Assembly: GCF_018977255.1 (NCBI RefSeq)
Contig: NW_024704743.1
Location: 26,846,001-26,910,000, forward strand
Reading direction: 5' to 3'
Length of the DNA: 64,000 nucleotides
DNA from: Callorhinchus milii
Taxonomy: Eukaryota
A program made the translations under genes and the position numbers. How positions within the stretch are numbered: position 1 is the first letter of the stretch; every line of letters starts with the position of its first letter. Of this stretch, positions 35,152 to 48,099 are shown one piece after another. The notes under the pieces were generated by a model, which did not search any database, was not told the DNA's origin, and saw only the letters and a list, made by a program, of their open reading frames with translations.

Positions 35152-37569
35152 TTTAACAAGTTTGTACATGTCAAGCTCTTTATGTTACCAATTTATAAAT
35201 ACAAGTAAGTATTTGTAATCTTATTACTAGGTATATGTCTAAATTGAAGTGATTCCTATTGGGTTTCCTTAATAACAACTCTGAGTTGCACACTAGGACT
35301 CCTTCCAGTGACTAAATTCCTTCCAGTAACCAGATTCCTTCTAATAACCCAGTAACCTGCTTGTGAGCTTCGAACCTTTCCACCAAGCCCTCTATGGAAC
35401 TCTATCCTGGAGCCTCTCTGACTTGCTCTTTCCCTCCCCACATTCAAAGCTTGTCTGAAGATGTACCTCTTTGACTGCATTTTCAGTCATCTTTTGCTTC
35501 CCCACTCTTTTCCACTCTCCCCCAGATCGGGTAGCAATGTGGAACTGATATGGTACATGCTGGCACTCCAATGCATGTTGTGCTGGAGGCATGCAACATT
35601 TTCGGAAGTGTTGTCCTTTGGATAAGATGTTAAATTAAATTCTGAGCCAACCACTCAGGAATACTTACAATGGCCTGGTGAGAGCTTGTCAACCAATTCT
35701 CCCCTCTTTGCAGAAGAAGGTGTCTTTCAGTGTCCTGTGCTGTGCGCAATTGGCTGCTGTATTTCGCCCACAAAATACACTGTCAATCCACTTTACAATA
35801 TGTTCTGTGAAGCGCTTTGAGACATCTTAATGACGTGATGAGGCTCTATATCAAATGCAATGATTATTATTATTATTGTCCCACGAGTTGCAAGACCCAG
35901 CTCCATCACCATGAGACGTCCTTCTGATGTGAAAGTTGCTATGAGATGTGCAAGGATTATTCATATTATTACTATGTATAGTCAGGTTCCTGACTGTTGT
36001 ATCTGCTTTCACTGGTAAAAACAACAACTCAAACATCAGAAACTTTTCAGAACTGTTGGATTTTTGTCATTCTTCTCTTTTAGACAGTTTACATTCCTTA
36101 AGAGCATGTCACTATTATAGTAGCGATAATAAGATTAGGGGAGAGGTTGTCATTGAAGCTGCTCATTTTCAAGTTGAAGATCACCACGTTGACACTACTA
36201 TATTAAGAAAATGCAGTCTTTCCGATCTTTAATATATTCCAAAGATCGCCAACTTTCTTAATGATTTATTGCCCGCTACTTTTATTTTTAGAAAAATGAT
36301 GCTCAGAACCAGTCTAAGCATGCACGAGATAACATTAAGGTCACAGTGAGAAATAGTGAGGCATCTTGACCTTGTCAACATGATTACTCTGTTCGGCCCA
36401 TATCCTCTGCAGCCTTGCTTGTATAATTTAAGCAGCCCTTAGCATTGCTGGGATGATTCATACATGTACTAGGTATAGATTTGTGCATGGTTCAGCTGAA
36501 CTTTACCGTGCATATGATTTACTAACACTTGCTTTCTAATGACCATAAGTAATCAGAGTGCATTCAGCTCTCAGTGTTAGCACAACCCATCATCTCTTTT
36601 CTTGTGCAGAGGACTTTCTGAGTGGGATTTTCAATTGCCTTGTTGTGCCACAACATGCCCGCTGTTTATGATCTGTGATTTGTGCTGAGAGTTACTTATT
36701 AATTGGAAAAGACGGTGTTTGAGAAAATTCAGGGGATTCAAATTAACCCCTTTCAAGGAAGGAAACAATAGTGATGTGATATCTCTCTGCTTGATTGCTG
36801 TTTGCCACAAGAGGAACAAAAAAAATTAGCGGGCTCTGTCATTCCATACTTTTGACATGCCTTTTTTTGTTCCAGTTCTCACTGTATAGGCATTGCAGCA
36901 TGAGTACTTGAATGTGAGGCTGGGAGATTAATTGTCATGTATTGTGTTTGTTATGGCATTCCCTAAAAACCTCACCAAGGATTTGAGTACAAAATACCAT
37001 GGACTTTCTTGACAGAAATGCATGCATTGGACGTAATGTTTTGTTTGATGGAGATAATTATAGCGTGACATTCTATGACTGGGATGGGGGAGGCTACAAG
37101 CTAGCACTTTAAACCAGTTTACAACAATACGATCTCCTCTCCTTGCCATGTCAATGTGAGAAAGTTCTGCATTATACTTTGACCCTTCAGCTGGCTCCCA
37201 GCCTTGGACACCTCTTTCTAACTCAAGTAGTTGTATACGTATATTGTGTGTGATCCTCCCTGTTTTTAAGTATACTCTATATTGATTTTGCATCCGATTA
37301 TTGGCATTAGTCCACAAAACACTTAATCACTCCACTTTACGGTATATCCTGTGAAGCGCTTTGGGATGTTCTCCAGATATGAAAGTCATTGTAGTAATAA
37401 TAATAGTAATCCTTGTATTTGATATAGTGCCTTGTCAATTCATCGAGACGTCTCAAAGTGCTTCACAGGATATACTGTAAAGTGAATTGACCATATATTT
37501 TGTGGGCGAAATGCTATACCAAATGTAATGATTATTATATTATTATAATATCAAGCCAATCCAACTCTC

Positions 37570-38170
37570 AATCAGGCCTTCTCATCTCAGGCGCTGACAG
37601 CATCACTATTCATTGATGCACACTCAACCTCACTAAGCCAGTGCAGGACCTCAGTGTGTTGTTCAAATCTCAAATGTCCTTTTAACACCACATCCATACC
37701 TTGACTTGTTCAGCCTTTCCCCCACCTTCGCAATATTGCCCACCTCCGCCACTACCACTTCCCTTGGGCTGCTGAGACCTATGCTTTCATCACGTCCAGC
37801 TTGACTAGGCCAACTTTCTGCTCATCAGACTTCCCAACTCTTCCCTCCGCAAGCTGCAGATTATTCAGAACTCTGCAGTTTGTGTCCTCTCCCACACCAA
37901 GCACATCCTCACCTGGGTCTCCATCCTCCTGAGGAACAAGTTCAAGATCCTCATCCTCACTTTTAAATTCCTCCATGGTATTGCCCCTCCCTATCTCTGT
38001 GACCTGCTAATACTTTATCAACCATGTCAGGGTGTTAGCCTTTCTCCCCCACTCTCTGGAACTCCATCCTGGAGTCACTTTGCCTTGCCTGTTCCTTTGC
38101 CTCCTTCAAGGTCCTTCTCAAGGCTTTCCTGTTTGACTGTGCAACCATGAAAGGTGCTATATTAATGCAA
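37570..38170 (+). mobile_element. L2 3' fragment
   Basis: Aligns to 44010-44830 (caggcgctgacagcatc; aagctgcag..cagaactctgc; ttcaagatcctcatcctcac). Confidence 0.8.
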
Positions 38171-38744
38171 CTTTTTAAAAAAACTTTTGACTGAATAAGT
38201 TGGAGTACAACTTAGCCACAAATCAAGAGCACTTGTACAGTCCTTCTTTTAAAATTTAAACTGACCTCCAGAGGTTATTTTCTTTGCATGCTTGTCCTGA
38301 ATATCAAATTAACTTGTTTTAAAAGAAAACAGCTTTGGATGTCATTTGGAGGATGTGCACTCCAAAAGCCACTTACTTCATTACAGGCAGAAGGAATGAT
38401 CACAATAGGTATGAAGGGCCAGATGGCACCCGGGTAATCAATACACTTCCACAGTGACAAGCACCAGCTTGAGGTGGCGATGGGGTTGACCTCCATATCT
38501 GGTCTCATTTATCTTCTCATTCACTTTGCGACTCACAGAGATTGCAAACACTGCCGGTCTCCAACAATGCTTCCATCTGACTGTGCGCACAATGAAACAA
38601 TTACACTTTGAACAGTTCTTTGCATTTACTTGTGGAGATGGGCAGTGGAAAGGCGTGGCAAATGGTCACAAAATGGTGCTTGCATCAATAAAATGAAAAG
38701 ATACAATCTTGCTGTCACAATATGGTAACAGGGGGTTTAAAATG

Positions 38745-38955
38745 TCAGTTGATAGCACTCTTGTCTCTAAGTCAGAGCTTTTCAAGCCTCACTTTGGAAC
38801 TTTGAGCTCATAGCTTAGGACTGACACTAATGCAGTGCTTTGGGAAAATTGTATTGTCAGAGGTGCCGCCCTTTGGATGAGATGTTAAACCGAGGCCATG
38901 TCTACCTGTTCGAGTGGATGTTAACGATCCCATGGCACTATTCAAAAAGAGAAGG
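38745..38955 (+). mobile_element. Old SINE 5' half
   Basis: 'tcagttgatagcactcttgtctctaagtcaga..gaggtgccgccctttggatgagatgttaaaccgagg..gatcccatggcacta'. Confidence 0.8.
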
Positions 38956-38959
38956 GAAT

Positions 38960-39340
38960 TTCATCTTCTGTCTGTTTACAGTGACTGTTGACAAGTGCTG
39001 TAAACATGCCACCACGGAAAGAGTTGTCCTTACATGAGAGAGTGGATTTAATCAGAAATAGTGAGGGCAAAAGTCATAGACAGTTAGCTGTGATCTATGG
39101 GATTGGGAGAACACAAGTTGGATGTATTCTCAAAGAGTAGGCTGAATACATGACAGCTTTTGTTTTAAATGTTTGTTTAAATGAGATTGCTGACCAAAGT
39201 ATGGTTGTTGAATGTTCATCACCCTTCCCCATTATCAATGCCCTTACATCAGTGACCTGAATCAGTAATCAGGTCACATCACGAAGTAGGTCACTTTTGC
39301 CCAGTCCCTTGAGTGACCAGATTAGTGAAGTTCTACTATA
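38960..39340 (+). mobile_element. pogo/Tigger-type (Tc1-mariner superfamily) non-autonomous DNA transposon relic
   Basis: 39006-39161 translates MPPRKELSLHERVDLIRNSEGKSHRQLAVIYGIGRTQVGCILKE*AEYMTAF (CENP-B/psq-type HTH); Tigger-like right end 'ggtcacttttgcccagtcccttgagtgacc..gttctactata'. Confidence 0.75.
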
Positions 39341-40099
39341 CCTTAAGATGTCTTGTAACAATTTTCCTCTGTATTGATCAATGGGTCTTAGCATAGGCAA
39401 CAGTACCATCTCAGTTACTCTTTTGTATTTAGAAATATGACAATTGTTTTAGTTGATGAAGTAAGCGACCCGCATATCAGGACAGTCGGAAGACATTTCA
39501 AATGTAATTAAATAATTAGCTTTCTTCATGTGTACTTCTCCTGTGAACATTTTAATAGAAATTGGGATGTCCATGGGAATAAGATCAGAGTGAGCAAACA
39601 ATTCTTTCTTTTCTCTGCACCAATTTTGTGCTGCAATCTCCTATCAGTTGGATGCAAGTCGGACCATGAATTGTTGGATTCAGAATTTATTTTTTTTAAT
39701 TCTGATTTATCCACTAACCCCTGTTGCTCAGGCAGCTTACAGTGAATTTAGCTAACAAAATAGGAAATGTAAAAATCCTCACTGCAGGATGGGAACCAGT
39801 AAAACACTGAAGTATACCATGAGTGAGAGAATCATTTCATATTCCATTGACCAAGTCATCATTATCGGACAATGCAGCCCTCTTTCAGTACAACTCTGAA
39901 GTATCAGCATGGACTATAAGAACAACTCTCAAAGTAGTCTGTAAGTCCACAACCTTCGATCCAGAGGCTAGGTCCTACCAACTGAAAAATAGTGAAACCC
40001 TGAAGTAAACAAATGGCAATCAAAGAGACAGTGTAGTGGATGGTAATATCACATTCCCTTAATGCCTTCATATCACATTTAAATTAGCTATTGCATAAT

Positions 40100-40550
40100 T
40101 ATAATAGTAATCCTTGCATTTGATATAGCAGCTTTAAGATCAGGAGGATATCTCAAAGTGCTTTGCAGGATTTACTGTAAAGTGTAGTGACTATATTTTT
40201 TGGGGGGTTAAGTGGCAACAAATTTGTGCACAGCTAAGTACAACAAACAACCAAAGGACACTGGGGGAAACTCCCTTCTCTTAGTGCGATCCTCCCGACA
40301 TGAAACGCTGTATATAAATGCAATTTGTTGTTGTTATTGTTGCCATGGGATATTTAACGTCCATCTGAACAGGCAGATGGAATCTCGGATTAACATCTCT
40401 TACAAACTAAGGTACCTCCAACAATGTAACACTTCCCTATGCACTAGAGTGTCAGTCCGAATTATATAAGTTCAAATTCCTGACATTGGGCTTGAATCCA
40501 CAACCTTATGATTTGGATATGAGAGCACTACTTACTGAGCCAGACTAACA
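40100..40550 (-). mobile_element. Old Deu-domain SINE with inserted tail fragment
   Basis: Head 'ctggctcagtaagtagtgctctc' at ~40540, body, tail at ~40105. Confidence 0.7.
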
Positions 40551-40686
40551 CCTACTCATGGCTTGTCTTTTACTAAAATAATCCCAAGGGGATAGTTGGT
40601 ATTCTTGTGTTGGGTCTGGTAACGTGTATTGAAATAATATGCAGAAACCTGAACACTTCTCATCATCTTCATTTTAAGACCATTGA

Positions 40687-40770
40687 CTTAAAATTTGAGA
40701 TCATGCGGAATTTTAGAAAGTGATTAAGTTTAGTCTATTTGGAAGCTGGATTTCCACAATTCTTAAAACT
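40687..40770 (+). mobile_element. Partial copy of unnamed MITE-like repeat
   Basis: 'aaatttgagatcatgcggaattttagaaag..agtctatttggaagctggatttcc' aligns to 55303-55375. Confidence 0.5.
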
Positions 40771-40892
40771 TTGCAATTAGATTGTGTCAGAGGAAATTTC
40801 AGCGAGTTGGTGTAATGTATGTCTGGATTCCATCATTAAAGAATTCCATTTGAAATGGCAGCATTTTAAACCCCAATGTAATTGAAAATTTC

Positions 40893-41123
40893 TCTTTGAC
40901 CGAGCCTTCAGCTCCCCTCTCGACTCTCTTCCCCCTCTTCGCTCCCTCCCTTCCCTCCCCTCACCCTGACGATTTCCTCCCTCCTCGCTCCCTCCCTTCC
41001 CTCCCCTCACCCTGACCATTTCCCCCCTGCTCGGGTCATGACCCAACTGTGCAGCGCCTTGGGACGTCCTCCTGACGTGAAAGGCGCTTTATAAATTGAA
41101 TCTTGTTGTTGTTGTTGTTGTTG
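40893..41123 (+). mobile_element. Young L2 3' UTR and tail
   Basis: Near-identical to 44690-44857, with a local duplication of 'ccttccctcccctcaccctgac'; (TTG)n. Confidence 0.9.
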
Positions 41124-41399
41124 AAACACTGAAAATATGTTCAATATGAGCTTTTTTTTACCAGAAATGGATTTTGTTGCATTGCATTGATTTTTAAGAA
41201 TCATTTATCTGTAATGGCTTTAACGTAAGGAATATTGCAAACCAACTAGTGTTCTATATAAAGGACAAGGCCAAAAAAAACACTGCCATCTGTGAAAAAA
41301 AATTGCGAAGCACATTGTTCATTTCAAAGTGCCAATTTAAGATGAATGCAAGCAATTTAATTTGTCTTTTCTTTGTGTACACATTTAGAATATTTGAAT

Positions 41400-41660
41400 G
41401 TCCATCTGGACAATAAGCCCAAAGTCTTTTTCCGATCCACTCTCCCTAGTGCTTTGCTGCTCTGGAGCCCCTGCCTCAGTCCCTTCATTATTGTCCCCTC
41501 TTTGCCCCCAGATCTCACCTGTAAACTTTTCTCTTTGACTGTACCTACGGACACGTCCCCTTGCTCCTCAGCTCAGTATTGAACTATACCATTGTTTAAC
41601 ATTCTAAGATACTACCCACTATGAAGGTTGCTAGATAAAGGCAAGTTGTTGTTGTTGTCA
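41400..41660 (+). mobile_element. L2 3' fragment, diverged
   Basis: 'ctctggagccccctgcc..ctttttctctttgactg..atgaaggttgctagataaaggcaagttgttgttgttg'. Confidence 0.65.
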
Positions 41661-41687
41661 TTGTAGTTGTGTGGATACAAGTGAGTC

Positions 41688-41852
41688 ATGCTGTAGTTAA
41701 ATCTTGTTTGCCCCAACAGAATTTCACTGTATCAAGTGTTCCGCTATGTTGGCACCATTTAATTGAATGCTGTAGTTAAATGTTAAATCTTGCTTGCCCC
41801 GACAGAATTTCACTGTATCAGGTGTTCCACTATGTTAGCTCCATTTAATTGA
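41688..41852. repeat. Tandem duplication, 2 x ~80 bp (41688-41766, 41767-41852)
   Basis: Direct alignment; the second copy has an extra GTTAAAT. Confidence 0.9.
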
Positions 41853-42448
41853 ATATTACTGACCTGTCATCCAACAAAATGAAGAAAGCAGTAAGCTTGA
41901 GTCCAATTCATAAATGGCTGGATTGGCTTGAGAAACAGCAACCTCCATCAAATGGCTTTTGTACATGGAGCATCACACATGAATCAGCAACTGCCTCCAT
42001 GTTCAGCATAAGGACAGCCTACTATGCTTAATAAAAAAATGTTGCATGTTGAAAAGCATATTTTGCTGCCCTGTACTGCAGTTTTCACAAATACACTTAC
42101 GTTGCCCATCCCCAGATTAACTGCATCCTGGCCCCACCTGACCTCACTCCAAGATCTGAGGCTGGGAATTCAGTGGCAGGAAAGTGATCCTGGCACTCTC
42201 CACTTGTACATCAGGTGCTTGAGACCTTGGTCAGCCTCTCACCCAATCATGCAGCACAAGTGTGTTACAATCCATTAGACTGTTGGTTATCAGGATATCG
42301 GTTGAACGCAACAACGAAATTGGAGAAAAGTCAGCACTCTGTAATCCAACTGTTCAATGGGTGGTGAGAGCAGACTTTGGGCCCAACCATACTAATGGAT
42401 TCAAGGTGCAAGGGGCACACCAAGGGCCTGATACTTATTGATGCACTT

Positions 42449-43740
42449 CAGGTAAAACGACTCATGAGCACAGGTAAAACGACTCATGAGCAATGGGAAA
42501 TCTTCAAAGATATGATAGCTCAGGATCTAAATAGATATATTCCCACAAAAGGGAAATGTGCGAGAACCAAACCTGTTTGGATGACCAGGGATATTCTGTC
42601 TAGGATGAAAAAGAAGAAGATGGCGTACGACAATTGACGGATGCAAGACACTGAGGATAGCAAAGCGTATTATAGAGAATGCAGGAGTGATCTTAAAAGA
42701 GCGATAAGACAGGCTAAAAGATCGCATGAGAAGAGGTTAGCGGGTAACATAAAGGGGAATCCTAAAATATTTTATAAGCACATAAAGGAAAAAAGGTTAG
42801 TTAAAGGTAGGGTGGGGCCAATCAAAGACAATGACGGCAATCTTGTTGTGGAGGCAGAGGGCTTGGCTGATGTACTAAACAAATACTTTGCATCTGTCTT
42901 CACAACGGAAACAGATGCCCCAAATGCCACAGTATTGGATGACAGGATAGAGGACATAGATCAGATTACTATAGACAGAGAGGAAGTTCTGAAAAGATTG
43001 ACTGGGCTCAAAATTGATAAGTCACCAGGACCAGATGGGTTTCACCCAAGGTTGCTGTGGGAGATACGGGTTCAAATAGCGGAGGCTTTGGCCATTATAT
43101 TTCAATCGTCATTGGACACAGGAGTGGTGCCAAGAGACTGGAGAGTAGCTAATGTTACCCCACTCTACAAAAAGGGGCAGAAAGACAAGCCCGGAAATTA
43201 CAGGCCAGTCAGCCTAACTTCGGTAATAGGAAAACTACTGGAGACCATAATCCGGGACAAAATAAATCTCTACTTAGAGGAACACAAGGTAATTAGAGAC
43301 AGCCAACATGGATTTGTTAAAGGCAAATCTTGCCTAACAAATCTAATAGAATTTTTTGAAGAGGTGACTGCGAGGGTTGATGAGGGAAATGCAGTGGACA
43401 TTATTTACATGGATTTTAAAAAGGCTTTGGACACAGTACCGCATAAGAGGTTAATAAAAAAACTGGAGGCCCACGGTATTAAGGGGACAGTAGCCATTTG
43501 GATTAGGAATTGGCTGAGTGACAGACTGCAGAGGGTGGTGGTTAATGGGTGTTTCTCGCAATGGAAGGAGGTGTGCAGCGGTGCCCCCCAGGGATCGGTA
43601 TTGAGACCACTGCTCTTTCTAATATATATTAATGATCTGGGCATGGGGAGCACTATTTCCAAGTTTGCAGATGATACCAAGTTAGGTAGGGTAGTAAATA
43701 GTGAAGAAGATTGTGATGGACTGCAGGCAGACATACACAG
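42449..43740 (+). mobile_element. Young CR1 ORF2 internal fragment (tether + RT up to FADD), truncated at both ends
   Basis: KSPGPDGFHPR, NYRPVSLTS, SQHGF, SCLTNL, YMDFKKALDTVPH, PQGSVLRPLLFLIYINDL and KFADDTKL in one open frame; 22-bp tandem duplication at the 5' junction. Confidence 0.95.
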
Positions 43741-44857
43741 AATGGCTTTTTCTCCAGCCCCCGCACTGTCTCGTGTGGTGTCCCTCAGGGCTCTGTCCTT
43801 GGTCCTCTCCTCTTCACCCTCTATATGCTCCCCCTTGGTGACATCATCCGTAGACATGGGGTTAACTTCCACATGTATGCGGATGACAGCCAACTCTACC
43901 TTTCCTCCTCTACCCTCAACTCCACGACCACCGATGTCCTGACAGCCTGTCCGACATCGAGTCCTGGACGAGAGACAAATTTGTTTAGCTCAACGTGCAT
44001 AAAACTGAGGCCCTCCTGATTGGCTCACGTCAGCGCCTCCACACCTCAGGCGCTGACAGCATCAGCATCCAAGGCTGCACTCTCCACCTCTCAAAGCCAC
44101 TCATGAACCTCGGTGTTCTGTTCGACCCTGAGCTGTCCTTTCTCCCTTATATCCGCAAAACAACTGGCACCGCCTTCCATCACTTCCAGAATGTCGCCAG
44201 ACTACGGCACTACCTCACCCCTCATGCGGCTGAAACTCTGTCCACGCCTTTATCACCTCAAGGCTGGACTATGGGAACTCTCTCCTCGCCGTCCTTCCCG
44301 GCACCTCCCTCCACAAGCTGCAGGTCATTCAGAACTCTGCAGCTCGTGTACTGTCCCGCACCAGGCTTCGCGACCACATCACTCCCACCCTCGCTCGCCT
44401 CCACTAGCTCCCCATCCCCCAGAGGATCTATTTCAAGATCCTCAACCTCACCTACAAGGCCATTCACGGCCTTGCTCCCTCCTACCTCTCCGACCTACTA
44501 TCCCCCTACCTACCCGCCCGTACCCTCCGTTCCTCTGGCTCCGGTCTGCTCCACATCCCCCGCCCCAACCGCCCTACCATCGGTGGCCGGGCCTTCAGCC
44601 TCTCAGCCCCTAGGCTTTGGAACTCTATCCCCCAGTGCCTTCGCCGCCTCCTCCCTTTCCTCCTTCAAGGCCGGTCTCAAGACCTTTCTCTTTGACTGAG
44701 CCTTCGGCTTCCCTCTCGACTCTCTACCCCCTCCTCGCTCCCTCCCCTCACCCTGACCATTTCTCCCCTGATCGGGTCCTGACCCAACTGTACAGCGCCT
44801 TGGGACGTCCTCCTGACGTGAAAGGCGCTCTATAAATGGAATCTTGTTGTTGTTGTT
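43741..44857 (+). mobile_element. Young 5'-truncated L2 (RT C-terminal half, 3' UTR, tail)
   Basis: [38 protein letters not shown]; stem-loop tail and (TTG)n. Confidence 0.95.
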
Positions 44858-46559
44858 CTCATCAGGGATATCAAACAGGAGATGTGCAAATCAACCATTT
44901 CTTCAAGAAAACTGTATTTCAGTTGTTTGTCAGTGGGTACCTAAATGGTATATTTTTTCATGAAAATATAAGCATGTCAACGGTTCCCATTTAGTCTACA
45001 AACAGTCCAAGATTATGGAGTCCGAGCCTAAGTCATGCATGATAAAAAAATATTTATTTTGATGGAGGTTTGAATGCATGAATCTTGAGAAGCTAGAAAT
45101 TAATTGGGTCTGTTTTAAGCCATCCAATGGCTCATGTCAGAAGTATTTTATGACAAAGACTTAAATAAACTGACAATAATTGAAATAGACTGAATAACGT
45201 GAAGGTCAGATAACAGATGATGGAGCACAAAATCCCTGTTTCTGGAAACAGTCATCTGCTGAAGCAAAAGGGAAAAACATTGAGAATTTCCTTGTTCCAT
45301 TGATTTCTCCAATAGGACTGAATTGGAGCTTGTGAAAATAGATGTCCTAAATTCTCAATGTGAAAGCAAAAGTTAATAACAAATATTGTTATTGCTGAAA
45401 TTTTGGATGGATTTGATTGCTTATTCAGTTTTTATAATTCTAATAGTAAAAGACTGTAGCAATGAGATGCTTCCACTGAGTCCTTATATTTTTGTACCGT
45501 AATATTGCCATAAATTGTGACAGCTTGGAAACCTAATGAAGGGTCATATTTGTGCTGCAGTTTCCAGTAATTTAGCCGAGGATGTCAGAAAAATAATGTT
45601 TAATATTATCACAACAGCTTCTGTGGATGCTGTTTAAAAAAAGAGAAAATGGATACTCAAATGTGACAAGATAGTAATTTCTTTGAACATTTTATTAGGC
45701 TATAAAGAGTAGAATCTCTAAGTTAGAACTTAATAAAAAGTCTTTAACACACTCTTTCTCCATAGATTGATGTTTTATTTTAAATGAACAATGAGAAAGC
45801 ACTCTATCCCTTGTGAGTACTGCATTTACTGTGTATTTGTAGAATAATTACAATCGGTATGTTCATTGTGTATCTAAATAAGTTTTTTTATTAAAAACAA
45901 ACACCTATAAAATACTCATTCTTAAGTAAATCCTGTGAAGCACTTTGAGACTTTTAATACCATAAGGCACAAAATACATGATCAAAATTGTATAAATTTT
46001 TGTACAGATGTTTCCAAGAGCCACAAACATGTATGATTTATGGTTAATTGGGCTTCAAACGATTATTTGGTATTAATACTAGAATTTAATTGGGTCTGTT
46101 CTAAGCTATCCAATGACTAAGCTATCAGAAGTATTTTTATGACAATAAGAACAACTTGCACTTTTATAGGACCCTCCATGCAGGGTAGCATCTGAGAGTG
46201 TTTAGACAAAAACTTGTCTAAGCACTCTGAGGTGCTACCAAATACAAAATTATTTTTGTTTGCACAGCTAGGCATTTGACTTGTGGAAACCCATCTCCAT
46301 GATTTGTCATCTCCAAACCATTAAGAGTACAACATATTCTTGTTTGTTTGTTTGGCAGGGCAGATCCACAATACTCCAGACCACTGTTGATGACAGATGA
46401 CAGAGCAGAGTATTCTGGACTCCAGCATATTCATTGAGGTACTGATTGAGGTACAGCTAAAACCATGCAGCTTGCTATTGAAAGTATTGTTAAGCTTCCC
46501 AATGCTTCTCCTTCTGGGCCTATGACCTGTTAGAGTTTGGCTTCTCAGGATCCCTTGCC

Positions 46560-47122
46560 CTCAATGACTGATCTCCTCACTCCTCATCGGCCTTCCCAAC
46601 TCTTCCCTTCACAAGCTGCAGATCATCCAAAACTCTGCAGCTCGTGTACTCTCACACAACAGGCTCCGTGACCCCATCACTCCCACCCTCACCCGACTCC
46701 ACTGGCTCCCCATCCCCCAGAGGATCGAGTTCAAGATCCTCATCCTCACCTTTAAGGCCATCCATGGCCTTGCCCCCTCCTACCTCTCTGACCTGCTGAC
46801 TCCCTACCAACCTGCCCGCTCCCTCCATTCATCGGGCTCCGTCCTGCTCCATGTCTCCTGCCCTACCATTGGTGGCCGGGCTTTCAGCCTCTCTGCCCCT
46901 ACACTCAGGAACTCCCTCCCATGGTCCCTTCACCCAACTTCCTCCCTTGCCTTCTTGAAGGCCAGTCTCAAGACCCTTTTCTTCGACCGTGCTTTTGTCT
47001 CTCTGCTTTCCCTCACCTCTATCCCACCCCTCCCCCATGCTCGGGCCCCAGCACCTAAACCTTCAGCACCTTGGGACATCCTCCCGATGTGAAAGGCGCT
47101 CTATAAATGTAATTTTGTTGTT
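46560..47122 (+). mobile_element. L2 3' fragment
   Basis: [28 protein letters not shown]; tail 'gatgtgaaaggcgctctataaatg'. Confidence 0.88.
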
Positions 47123-48099
47123 ACTGATCGACTCCTCTGGTCATGTTAATGAACTAGGCTGTCTGGTCCCTTGACAGGTGTACCTTGGAGTACTGGGGAC
47201 CTGCCTGGCTTAGGTGCCAGAACTTATAATAATCTTTGCATCTGATATAGCGCCTTATACCATCATTGAGACATCTTAAAACGCTTCACAGAATCTACTG
47301 TAAAGTGAATTGATTGCATATTTTGCAGGCAAAAATTGCCATACAGGATTCATTTGATTCCAATCTTCCATGCCAGGCATGCTACCAAGCAGCCAACTCA
47401 GCCCCAGTGTGACCCCACTTCCCTCTCCACCAAGGTGGATAGTCATTAGTTGGTCATTAGACAGCTGACTTCACATGAAACAGATCAAGTGGTTATCTTG
47501 ACAACAATTGCCAAAACTTTATTTTACTACCTGATATAAGAAAGACACAAATCTCTACATTTGCTGCAGTTATTCACTGTCATCAGTGTTATTGATTCCA
47601 AAAAAACATTGTGCGACTGTCAGTGCTAACATTCATCAACAATTGAGTCTTACAGGATATCCAAAAGGTACAATTTTACTGTTTGTCCTTATAAACAGCT
47701 GAAATTTTTTCAGACTGATTATATAAACGAGTGCAGTAAATTTAAAACATCTATTAAGATCAGTTGTTTCCAGTCCATTTCATCCTATTCTAGTGATATA
47801 TTTATCTACAAACTGCACTGCACCCTACAATTAACTAATAACAAGTGGTTGAATTTACTGAGCAGATCAATATTTAATGAAGACAACAATTTACATAGAA
47901 AAAGTAGGGAAGAAAATCTTGTTTTGTCTCTTTTTTTGTCAATATCACTATTATTTTCTTTGTGTCACATAATGTCTTGAATATCGCTGACATGATGGAA
48001 TGAATGGCCGTCCTCTGTGGTTCAAAAATATTTCTACAAACAATTGCAGGGTGGAAGAAAACCAAAGGACTTCAAATTAACTTCACTGTATTCCTTTGA

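Noticed and set aside
42641-43942. 433-aa ORF as a host gene or functional hybrid RT
   Set aside because: It is a CR1 ORF2 fragment lacking the endonuclease and C-terminus; the last ~66 aa are out-of-frame L2 sequence
47063-47083. REST/RE1-like TTCAGCACCTTGGGACA
   Set aside because: Only the left half-site matches, the right half is out of register, and it lies in an ordinary L2 tail
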